Positions 1-7,344 of a DNA stretch of 25,282 bases are shown here, piece by piece (position 1 is the stretch's first letter; every line of letters starts with the position of its first letter). Under the pieces are notes generated by a model. The model saw only the letters and a list, made by a program, of their open reading frames with translations, was not told where the DNA came from and did no database searches. Where the stretch lies: the IMG/VR virus record IMGVR_UViG_3300044676_001485, positions 1 to 25,282 of that record. One strand, given 5' to 3'. This stretch comes from a virus (taxonomy: Duplodnaviria > Caudoviricetes). The translations under genes were made by a program, and so were the position numbers.

Positions 1-17
1 TCATAACAACCTTTCCT
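1..17 (-). other. RBS and start codon of the next gene, which runs off the window edge
   Basis: Minus strand reads AGGAAAGG (10-17), TTGTT, then ATG at 4-2. The product is not visible. Confidence 0.6.
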
Positions 18-58
18 GCGATGGGTGGGGGGATTGCTCCCCCCACCGCACAATCGCA
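17..58 (-). terminator. Strong GC-rich stem-loop downstream of ssb (terminator or mRNA-stabilising hairpin)
   Basis: Perfect 10-bp stem GGTGGGGGGA (24-33)/TCCCCCCACC (38-47) with a GCAA tetraloop on the minus strand, plus an outer TGCGAT/ATCGCA stem. No U-tract follows. Confidence 0.6.
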
Positions 59-67
59 CTGTCGGAA

Positions 68-709
68 TCACCAACCGTCGTTGTTTAGATCGCCGGTAGT
101 GAGGAACTGCTTCTGCTTATCATAACTCAAAGTCATGTAAACAGTATCCAACTGGTGGTAAGGCTGATCAGCAATAGAAGCGTCAGGCTCACTCTCACCT
201 AGAGGGATAAGGCTGTAGTTAGTGTCTTGAGCACCAGAACCAGTACGGCTGTACTTAAAGTTCTGATTCACAATAGTACCGAACTCCTTAGCATACTCCA
301 TGAGCATGAGTCCGATATGACGCTGGTTGAAAGTCGTATCAAGAATACGAGCCTCCCAAACCCCGTCAATTTCAACAGCAATGTTGATCAAAAGGTGTGG
401 CTTAGGCTTCCAGCGGCCATCCTGACCAATTTGCTCTGTGGCCCAACAGCGGTAGCCATGCTCGGCTGATTGGGCGGTGGAAGCGCAACGCCACTTCCAG
501 TTGATCGGTGAAGTAACAACTGGGACGATGATGCCGGTGCCGACTTCCTCGTCGTAGTTCTTAGAGTCTTCAGTAAGTTCCTGACGGAACCTGATCTTGT
601 ATGTATCTCCTGACTGAAGGTTGAAGAACTTCTTAGCCCCTCCACCCCCAGACTTGCTTGGAATGTTCTTTTCAATGTCTTGTAAAGTTTTAATGCTTGT
701 AAATGTCAT
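68..709 (-). CDS. ssb: Single-stranded DNA-binding protein (gp32-like phage SSB)
   Basis: Motifs FFNL..GD..KIRF and R.GSG..DT.YSL.P, acidic/aromatic C-terminus (NNDGW). Directly after primase with an ATGA overlap and AGGAG RBS. Confidence 0.75.
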   Translation of the reverse strand: MTFTSIKTLQDIEKNIPSKSGGGGAKKFFNLQSGDTYKIRFRQELTEDSKNYDEEVGTGIIVPVVTSPINWKWRCASTAQSAEHGYRCWATEQIGQDGRWKPKPHLLINIAVEIDGVWEARILDTTFNQRHIGLMLMEYAKEFGTIVNQNFKYSRTGSGAQDTNYSLIPLGESEPDASIADQPYHQLDTVYMTLSYDKQKQFLTTGDLNNDGW

Positions 710-1638
710 GTGTAATCTCCTATAAATGTTTTCTTATTTTCAATTGCGTGAACTATCTGTTCTTGAGTCATGTCGCCCGGATCTTTAAGCCCGTCAGGTA
801 TAGCAACTGTAAACAGTTCCTTCCCACGACACTCATCTATTATAGCACTCCGCATCTCCGCCCCAGCGTCGTCATTGTCAGAAAAAATGACCACAGAGTC
901 AAAAAATTTTCTGATCATCTTGACCTGATTTGCAGAGACCTTAGCTCCAAGCGTAGCCACAACATTCTTGTAACCTGCCTGAGAAACTTTCATCGCATCA
1001 AGACTGCCTTCACATATCACTACTGAGTCATATCTCTTAGCATTCTGGATATTGAATAGAACGTCTGCTCTCTTAAAACCTTTATTATACAGGTATCTAG
1101 GTTCTTGCCACTCATGGATTGCCCGACCAATTAAACCCACAATCTTGTATTGTGTATCCCTAACAGGTATAACAATCCTATCCTTAACCTTAGAGTACCC
1201 AATCTCAAACTCTTCTAGAGTCTCTGTCGTATATCCACGATCAACTAACGTCTGTAGATTTGATAACTCATCAGAACCATAGTCCACCTCAACATTGTCT
1301 AGGGATAACTCTTCATCTTTGTCTCTAATGGCTAAAGATAAGTCTAGTTCCCTCTGTAGGTTGATAGGGTCAAGTATCCACTCACGACCGTAGGTCTTAC
1401 CGGTCATGTGTTTGTACAGTTGCCTAAAGTTCCCTTTCTTACCGCAGGAAGGATTAAAGCACTGCCACAGACCTGTCTTCGTGTTTATATAGCACGCAGG
1501 ACTGTTGTGATTGTCGTGGAATGGACAGTAGATAGCAACTTCGCTACCTGACTGTGTGTGTACCTCTACACCTTGACCGTTAAGTAAATCAAGGACTGCT
1601 TTCTCTATATTACCTGTAGAAAACGATCTTGAACTCAA
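706..1638 (-). CDS. dnaG: DNA primase (CHC2 zinc finger + TOPRIM)
   Basis: CPFH...WQCFNPSC zinc finger, RIVIPVRD..GLIGR, and TOPRIM motifs CEGSLD and SDNDDAG. TTG start. Confidence 0.95.
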   Translation of the reverse strand: MSSRSFSTGNIEKAVLDLLNGQGVEVHTQSGSEVAIYCPFHDNHNSPACYINTKTGLWQCFNPSCGKKGNFRQLYKHMTGKTYGREWILDPINLQRELDLSLAIRDKDEELSLDNVEVDYGSDELSNLQTLVDRGYTTETLEEFEIGYSKVKDRIVIPVRDTQYKIVGLIGRAIHEWQEPRYLYNKGFKRADVLFNIQNAKRYDSVVICEGSLDAMKVSQAGYKNVVATLGAKVSANQVKMIRKFFDSVVIFSDNDDAGAEMRSAIIDECRGKELFTVAIPDGLKDPGDMTQEQIVHAIENKKTFIGDYT

Positions 1639-1792
1639 AGATCTCTCTTTCTCGAATATAATCTGTGTACAACTTGGTCTTACTAAAAGCCCCGTGTTCG
1701 ATGCGAATCTCGTCCTCCATCCAAGGCCGAAGTCTCGCTATTGTTTCAATATCAGCAGCTTCGCCAGTAAGAGTATAGAGCACATCCTCCAT
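1610..1792 (-). CDS. Hypothetical protein (60 aa)
   Basis: Fills the helicase-primase gap. The ATG at 1792 overlaps the helicase stop (TGATG) and is preferred over the ORF-track start at 1807. Confidence 0.7.
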   Translation of the reverse strand: MEDVLYTLTGEAADIETIARLRPWMEDEIRIEHGAFSKTKLYTDYIREREIFEFKIVFYR

Positions 1793-3012
1793 CAGCCTAC
1801 GTCCCATTCTTCACCCCACTTCCCTGTCTCTAGATTCCATCTCAAATAGAAACCAAACTGTGTCGCTCGTCTCACCTTACGTGACACAACTTGAAACAGG
1901 TCAGAGTTAAACTCTCTATGAATGGCAAGCACTAAGTCAGCGTCATAAGCTAACTGCTTTGACCATGCCACTTCTTCCAATTCAGGTGGCCTATCACCGT
2001 GACCGTCAGCCATAGTGACAGCAGCAACGTCGATAATAGGGATATTGTTCTTGACAGCGATTCGCTTGAATGCCTTAGAAAGATTCTTAGCCTTTTCAGT
2101 CTCATTTCTGGCTCCTGTCGCATCATCAAATAGACCGTGGTAATCCAAAATTACCATGTCTGGCTGATATTGATCAATCTTAGCTTGAACCATATTCTGA
2201 TCGGCTGTCTCCAATCCCTCAGAGGTAACCAGATAAATCGGTTGCTTGTCTGTAAATGTAGCCTCAGCCCAAGACTCGTATGTGTCCACAATGGCTGGGT
2301 TAGCCTTAATCAAATCAGTATTGGTAAAGTAACCCTCACCGTTGTTAAGGAGCGTATCAAGCCTCTGGCCCTCCTGCTTCTTGTTCATCTCAAGAGAGAT
2401 GATCATAGGTCGATAGCCAGCCTTCCAAGCGTTGACTGCAAACAGTCTGGCAATAAACGACTTGCCTACTCCTGTCCAGCCCAGCAGAACAATAAAGTCG
2501 CCCTCTTGCCAGCCACCAAAGGTCTTATCAATGACCTCAATGCCGCTCGGGATACCTATATAATGCTTCTCAGGGTTCTCAGAGCGCTCTTTAAGGTCAT
2601 CAAACCGATCACGCCACTCACTAACAAGGTCAGTATCTTTTAAGCTACTTGAGAACTTGTATAGCTTGGACGTATTCTCCATCAGATAAGATAAAGCATC
2701 TTTTGGACCTAACTCGGTGATCAAAGAGTGCGCTTTAGCAACAATCTGACGAGTCTGAAACGCCAGCGACTCTTTCCTTGCTTCATCAACGTAGTAAGCC
2801 ATCGGCTCAGGAGTGTTGAAGAATTCAAAGTCTGAGAAGTGGGACTTCACAGTGTCCTTTGACGGAACCTTTTTGTGGTCATCATAGTGACCTACTATAA
2901 AATTCCATACGTCCTTATATTCTACAAAGACATTCTCTACTCCGCTGTTTACAGCATCTACGTATTCTCCACTGTCAATAATGGAATTAAGTAGTTTTAT
3001 TTCGTAGTTCAA
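1792..3012 (-). CDS. dnaB: Replicative DnaB-like helicase
   Basis: GIPSG..IDK.FGG, Walker A GWTGVGKS, SLEM, Walker B VILDY, SKQLAYDAD. TTG start overlaps the upstream TGA (TTGA). Confidence 0.95.
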   Translation of the reverse strand: MNYEIKLLNSIIDSGEYVDAVNSGVENVFVEYKDVWNFIVGHYDDHKKVPSKDTVKSHFSDFEFFNTPEPMAYYVDEARKESLAFQTRQIVAKAHSLITELGPKDALSYLMENTSKLYKFSSSLKDTDLVSEWRDRFDDLKERSENPEKHYIGIPSGIEVIDKTFGGWQEGDFIVLLGWTGVGKSFIARLFAVNAWKAGYRPMIISLEMNKKQEGQRLDTLLNNGEGYFTNTDLIKANPAIVDTYESWAEATFTDKQPIYLVTSEGLETADQNMVQAKIDQYQPDMVILDYHGLFDDATGARNETEKAKNLSKAFKRIAVKNNIPIIDVAAVTMADGHGDRPPELEEVAWSKQLAYDADLVLAIHREFNSDLFQVVSRKVRRATQFGFYLRWNLETGKWGEEWDVG

Positions 3013-3320
3013 GAATTTTCCATTCTCTTGCGCGTTTCTTCTACGATATCTTGAAAACGAGACTTAGCCTCGCTCTCATATTTCACCTTCTCAACAATAT
3101 CTCTTGACTCAATAGCAAAGTCAAAGACAAGGAAAGGTCCCGGTCTGCTCTCAATATACCACATCACCGCCTTCTCAAGCAGATTGCCGTCATAGTGCCG
3201 TGCCAGACTATCAGCCACATCATCCTGACGGGGCGAATCAGGTATAAAAAGCTTAGAGTATTTCTCTGAATAGGTCTTGAATAAGTTTATCAGATCTTCG
3301 CCAGTTATCTTCTTCTTCAT
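3009..3320 (-). CDS. Hypothetical protein coupled to the helicase
   Basis: 103-aa ORF with a GAGGT RBS whose stop overlaps the helicase start. No recognised motif. Confidence 0.75.
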   Translation of the reverse strand: MKKKITGEDLINLFKTYSEKYSKLFIPDSPRQDDVADSLARHYDGNLLEKAVMWYIESRPGPFLVFDFAIESRDIVEKVKYESEAKSRFQDIVEETRKRMENS

Positions 3321-3552
3321 ACTCTACCTCTTGCCAAGTTTTCATAAGATACTCAATTTCTGTAATACCCGCATTAACACCTATAAACTCTTGTTCATAG
3401 ACAGCGGAAAACAAACATTCGGGTCTTACTGTACACCTTGAGCAAACTTGTCTAGCATACTCCATGTCTGATCTGCGTGAGGAAGTCCATGCTTCAGTAA
3501 ACTCATCTCTTCTACAAAGGGCCTTACGTCCCCAATCATTGTCCTGACTCAC
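3253..3552 (-). CDS. whiB: WhiB-family Fe-S transcription factor
   Basis: W...ALC-x23-C-x2-C-x5-C (ARQVCSRCTVRPECL) followed by a GVNAG turn motif. GTG start with GGGAG RBS. Confidence 0.85.
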   Translation of the reverse strand: MSQDNDWGRKALCRRDEFTEAWTSSRRSDMEYARQVCSRCTVRPECLFSAVYEQEFIGVNAGITEIEYLMKTWQEVEYEEEDNWRRSDKLIQDLFREIL

Positions 3553-3736
3553 TATCTAACTCCCGAAGCTTAGCCTCGATCTGCTCGTCTACAGCGCTCC
3601 ACAGATTAGCCCAAGCCTGTTCGTCATTTTCAGACGATGCTTTAATTCTAGCACCTGCGTCAAGTCTAAGTGACTCATAATTACCAAGATTTTTGGTAAT
3701 ACCAATAGATGCCCAGATTTCTACTTCATTTTGCAT
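3536..3736 (-). CDS. Conserved small phage protein (T.NLGNYESLR.D type), function unknown
   Basis: Motif GITKNLGNYESLRLD is recognisable from phage early regions. AGGAG RBS. Confidence 0.8.
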   Translation of the reverse strand: MQNEVEIWASIGITKNLGNYESLRLDAGARIKASSENDEQAWANLWSAVDEQIEAKLRELDSESGQ

Positions 3737-4190
3737 TTACAAAACTCCTGTTTGTTAATTTAACTTTTTGATTAAGTTCTTTGATCTTGCCGCTTACTTG
3801 CTTCTTAACATCCTTCTCTTTCTTAACTGGTCGGCCCGGTGTTCTATCTGAAAAGAAACTAGAGATTTCATAAACCTCATCGGTCTTGTAGAATCTCCAA
3901 CCCTTATAGGATGGGTAGTCATCTCCAGAAATGCTAGGCTTCGGAATAAGACCTCTCTTCTCATACTTTCTGATGGTATCAGACCTTCGCTCCACGATCT
4001 TAGCAACTTCACCAATCGTGTAGAGGCGAGAAAGAAGAATTTCTGCGCCGTCAAGGGGGATAATAAGTTCGCTGTTGTCAGCCATGCTCTGTACAACAAT
4101 CTGCTTTTTTGATTTATGGATCTTCTTCACTTTATGAAGTGACCCCGAGTATTGATAAATTTTATTTGGAATTATTTTATCTGTTAACAA
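3726..4190 (-). CDS. MerR-type helix-turn-helix DNA-binding protein with an N-terminal beta-rich domain
   Basis: YTIGEVAKIVERRSDTIRKYEKRGLIP...GWRFY is a MerR-HTH signature. TTG start. Confidence 0.85.
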   Translation of the reverse strand: MLTDKIIPNKIYQYSGSLHKVKKIHKSKKQIVVQSMADNSELIIPLDGAEILLSRLYTIGEVAKIVERRSDTIRKYEKRGLIPKPSISGDDYPSYKGWRFYKTDEVYEISSFFSDRTPGRPVKKEKDVKKQVSGKIKELNQKVKLTNRSFVNAK

Positions 4191-4377
4191 CTTTAGACGC
4201 CTTTTCCAGTTCTGCTAAAACCTTGCGGAGCCTATCAACCTCAATGTCTTTTGACCTCCCACACTTAATACACACAACGTCTACGAACCATGTGTCATGA
4301 ATTAAGTAAGGGTCATCAATGTATTTAGCCCCTCCGCAAGAAGAGCATTTTAACGGTACCTTGGATTTAATATCCAT
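4177..4377 (-). CDS. Small zinc-ribbon protein
   Basis: CSSC...CIKC pair in 66 aa. First gene of the early block. Confidence 0.75.
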   Translation of the reverse strand: MDIKSKVPLKCSSCGGAKYIDDPYLIHDTWFVDVVCIKCGRSKDIEVDRLRKVLAELEKASKVVNR

Positions 4378-4383
4378 ATGATT

Positions 4384-4392
4384 ATTTTACCA
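4384..4392 (-). promoter_or_regulatory. Extended -10 promoter, probably for a leaderless transcript
   Basis: TGGTAAAAT ends 6 nt before the ATG at 4377, and there is no SD sequence. Confidence 0.6.
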
Positions 4393-4432
4393 TGTCTTTC
4401 AAGCAGAGGGGCTATCTACATTAAGTTTTTAA

Positions 4433-4627
4433 TCAGGCGTCTGCGTTCTTACCGAACGAATGATCGGCAGGATTCAGGAACCTCATAGCAACAGGAACAA
4501 GAGCCGCCCAGAGAGCGTTAAGAGCCATCTTCCAATCGCTAGTTGCGGTGTACGTTGCGAGAGCAGCGCCTAAAACGCTACGTCCGTATGAGGCAATAAG
4601 CCTCTTTTGTGCCGCTGATAAATTCAT
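4433..4627 (-). CDS. Putative holin (small 2-TM actinophage type)
   Basis: ASYGRS..AALA...AALVPVAMRFLNP.D..FG with two hydrophobic segments. GGAGG RBS. Confidence 0.65.
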   Translation of the reverse strand: MNLSAAQKRLIASYGRSVLGAALATYTATSDWKMALNALWAALVPVAMRFLNPADHSFGKNADA

Positions 4628-4639
4628 TTCTTTTCCTCC

Positions 4640-5809
4640 TTAGTCCAACCAGCAGTTATATTCTGCGGTGACTATACCCTTATCAGGGTGAACAAACATC
4701 AAAGGCTGGGACGGCCTACCAATAGCGGCTAGGCTTTCCATAGCATAAGTGTTTGTAGATTCAGGACTGCCTGAGACTCTTACTTGGATAGTGTTAAATG
4801 TCATCTTAGTTGGCGTGTGCCAGTGTCCAAGGTATACATCGTCAAAGTCCTCCCCAAGCGCTCCCACTTTCCACCCGTAAACTTTCTTTTGGAACGAGTA
4901 GAAAGAGGATAATCCATTGAACTGGTCTCCGTGGCATAGCAGACTTCTGTAGTTTCCAATTTGTGGGACTGCAAACCAATGCTTTTCACCCCGACCGTCT
5001 GGAATATTAAAAGAAATCCGTTTTTCCTTCTCAAACATCCATTGTACTATACGATATAGCATTCTGTCAGCATTTGTCTCAGGGTCATGGTCACGCCTAG
5101 CCCTACCACCAATGGCTCCATGATTGCCAATTACGCCGGTAAACACGACCTCATCAAAGTTTTCCAACATTTTTGTTAGGAAGTTTTTAATGATACGAGG
5201 CCCATCAACTGTAACCTGTCTGTAAAGTCCGCCATCTACTAAAAAGGACTGACCGGGGAAAATAAGTTCTCCCTCAACAATGTCGCCTAAAGCCCACACA
5301 TGCAGCTTCTTGACAGGATGGTCAGCACGCTGAATCTCTGTGAGGTCAATAACCTTCTGAGCGTACTGCTCAATTCTTTCCTCACAGACCTGGGAGTTAT
5401 AGTCGGGAGTAACCTTTGCTAACTGCCAGTCTGCGATTACAGCAACAGCAACTTCTTCGGTCTTCCCCTTCCTCTTATCCTTTGGAGGAGCAGGAGTCTT
5501 AGCAACTTTTTGGTTAACATCCATCTCCAGAGCCGCACGATAAAGGGCATCAACAAGATCATCTTTCTTTGTCTTAACTTTATCGTACTCTTTTAACAGT
5601 TTTGAGTAAGCAACACGCAAATCAGAATCTGATTCGGGTGGCTCACCTGATGTGATATCTACGGGCATTTCTACCAATCCATTCTCTTTACGGTATCTAC
5701 AAATCCCAAGACTATCTATAGTTTTGCGACAAGTAGTATGTGCATACTTGTGGTTAGACGAGTTAGGTGTGAACTCAACGTTACACCCCTCTGCTTGACA
5801 TGACTTCAT
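4640..5809 (-). CDS. Calcineurin-like metallophosphoesterase with N-terminal Cys/His domain and coiled coil
   Basis: Motifs D-W-Q, GDIVEG, GNHG, HGD and GHWH. Start placed at the ATG at 5809 (GGGAG RBS) rather than 5842. Confidence 0.85.
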   Translation of the reverse strand: MKSCQAEGCNVEFTPNSSNHKYAHTTCRKTIDSLGICRYRKENGLVEMPVDITSGEPPESDSDLRVAYSKLLKEYDKVKTKKDDLVDALYRAALEMDVNQKVAKTPAPPKDKRKGKTEEVAVAVIADWQLAKVTPDYNSQVCEERIEQYAQKVIDLTEIQRADHPVKKLHVWALGDIVEGELIFPGQSFLVDGGLYRQVTVDGPRIIKNFLTKMLENFDEVVFTGVIGNHGAIGGRARRDHDPETNADRMLYRIVQWMFEKEKRISFNIPDGRGEKHWFAVPQIGNYRSLLCHGDQFNGLSSFYSFQKKVYGWKVGALGEDFDDVYLGHWHTPTKMTFNTIQVRVSGSPESTNTYAMESLAAIGRPSQPLMFVHPDKGIVTAEYNCWLD

Positions 5810-5842
5810 GTTATCTCCCATAGCGTATAGGACAGTGTACAC

Positions 5843-5851
5843 ATGGTAGCA
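5843..5851 (-). promoter_or_regulatory. Candidate extended -10 promoter
   Basis: TGCTACCAT in the gap upstream of the metallophosphoesterase. An alternative -10, TACACT, lies at 5834-5839. Confidence 0.4.
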
Positions 5852-5873
5852 GGTTTTACGGGCCGTGTGGGGT

Positions 5874-6296
5874 TTAAAGAGATTTTTCTCTAGGCGCTCT
5901 CATAGGTCTAGTTCTTTTCTTTAAGTGAGGCTTATTATCACGGGCTACTTGACGCATTTTATTACGGTGAGCCTCTGATGGCCTTTTACCTTCTCTGTGA
6001 ATAGCGCTATGTTCTGGGACAGTACAAAGGAAAAGGTTTTCTACCCGATTATCAAGTTTAACCTCGTTGATGTGATGAACTGTTTCCCACGGCTCAAGCA
6101 TTCTGCCTAAATAATCCTCCATGACAGCCCTATGTTCATAGATATAGCCACGAATGTTTTTAGGGTGATCAGGACGCAGTATTTTTACGTATCCTTTATC
6201 GTCAACATATTTGCCGCCATTAAAGTTTGGGCTAAGCTTACCCGTAAGATTTCCCTCTTTCCATTCAATGTCTTTACGCTGAGAGACAAGAGACAT
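5874..6296 (-). CDS. HNH endonuclease (HNH_3-like), free-standing
   Basis: EHRAVME..LGR.L...ETVHHINEVKLDNRVENL...EHSAIH, with a basic NUMOD3-like tail (SEAHRNKM). Confidence 0.9.
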   Translation of the reverse strand: MSLVSQRKDIEWKEGNLTGKLSPNFNGGKYVDDKGYVKILRPDHPKNIRGYIYEHRAVMEDYLGRMLEPWETVHHINEVKLDNRVENLFLCTVPEHSAIHREGKRPSEAHRNKMRQVARDNKPHLKKRTRPMRAPREKSL

Positions 6297-6306
6297 AAAT
6301 TATCTA

Positions 6307-6963
6307 TTAGACCCCGCCAGAATCTTCGACATAAAACTGGATAGGTGAATTATTTGCTCTAATAAAGTAATCTGGAGCGTTTGTGGTACTTGTTCCTTGA
6401 ACTCTATCCACTGTAACAAAGAATGACTCACCAGATAGCCCCGAGCTATTCGATGACAAAGTAAAGGCATAGGTACCGGAACCTATAACTGTGTCATAAC
6501 CAACAGATTTTAGGGTAGTGGCAGTTGTGCTAGGATTGCTAGCGGTGTCATAAAAGTCAAAAGTATGCGGCGTAACTGACCAAGTAGTGATAGGCGTATT
6601 TGCTCCACCAAACGTGCCGGAGTACACTTTTAAGTTATAAGTAGAGTCTTCCATGCCTTTCCCTTTAACTCTAAAGCCAGGAAAGTTTATTACAACTTTG
6701 TAATATCTATTACCAGAAACACTTACACGATTGTCAGCACCACTAGAACCCGATTCGTCAGCAAGTTTAATCAACTCATGCTCAGAAAAATCAGAAAAAG
6801 CGGATGTGTTAGTAGAATCCTGCTTAAACTTAAGAATACCTTGAGGCTTGTCGTCAGTAGCATCCTTGACTTGTTCAATGTTGGTAGACATTTGAGCGAG
6901 GCGCTCCCCAGTTATGGGCGTGCCAGTAGTCCAAGACACAAAGTTATAGTTCTCGTAAGCCAT
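6307..6963 (-). CDS. Putative virion/minor tail protein
   Basis: N-terminal W.TGTPITGERLAQM..NI resembles tail-fibre anchor segments. Ser/Thr/Gly- and beta-rich body, adjacent to the tail module. Confidence 0.55.
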   Translation of the reverse strand: MAYENYNFVSWTTGTPITGERLAQMSTNIEQVKDATDDKPQGILKFKQDSTNTSAFSDFSEHELIKLADESGSSGADNRVSVSGNRYYKVVINFPGFRVKGKGMEDSTYNLKVYSGTFGGANTPITTWSVTPHTFDFYDTASNPSTTATTLKSVGYDTVIGSGTYAFTLSSNSSGLSGESFFVTVDRVQGTSTTNAPDYFIRANNSPIQFYVEDSGGV

Positions 6964-6973
6964 ACTACCTAAT

Positions 6974-6979
6974 ATTATA
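6974..6979 (-). promoter_or_regulatory. Candidate -10 element (TATAAT)
   Basis: Perfect TATAAT in a 22-nt gap, 10 nt upstream of the ATG at 6963. Confidence 0.4.
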
Positions 6980-6985
6980 CACTAA

Positions 6986-7258
6986 TCAGGTTTCCGAAGT
7001 AGAACGCTTATCAACCTTTCTGAAGGCCGCATTGATTTCGTCTTTGTCAAGCACCCCGTCATCCATATAGGCCCTAGCAAGGGCTTCTACGACGGTAGCG
7101 GTGCCACCAATACCGGCCATCAGAGCAGCCTTCCATAATTCAACACCAGCAATAGCTCCAGCACCCACGACGCTAAGCGCAGAGGCCGCAAAAACCGCTA
7201 AAACTCTTGTGAATATAGATTGAAACTGACTCATAAGCCTTACAATAACATTATACAT
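6986..7258 (-). CDS. Small 2-TM membrane protein, holin-like
   Basis: Two hydrophobic helices, then DDGVLDKDEI and a basic tail. AGAAAGGA RBS before the ATG at 7258. An alternative start exists at the second Met. Confidence 0.6.
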   Translation of the reverse strand: MYNVIVRLMSQFQSIFTRVLAVFAASALSVVGAGAIAGVELWKAALMAGIGGTATVVEALARAYMDDGVLDKDEINAAFRKVDKRSTSET

Positions 7259-7344
7259 AATTATCCTTTCTTAAGATAAAGTGTTTAATTAACTACCTTA
7301 TCTGTTTATTCTTATTTTGTGTAAAAATTTACCTTAAAACCCAC

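Noticed and set aside
17-67. tRNA or other known ncRNA
   Set aside because: A single hairpin with no cloverleaf or T-loop motif, and the gap is too short.
3726-4190. MerR-like protein as a metal sensor controlling the metallothionein-like peptide
   Set aside because: It contains no Cys and lacks the C-terminal effector/dimerisation domain of metal-sensing MerR proteins, and no MerR-type dyad promoter is visible.
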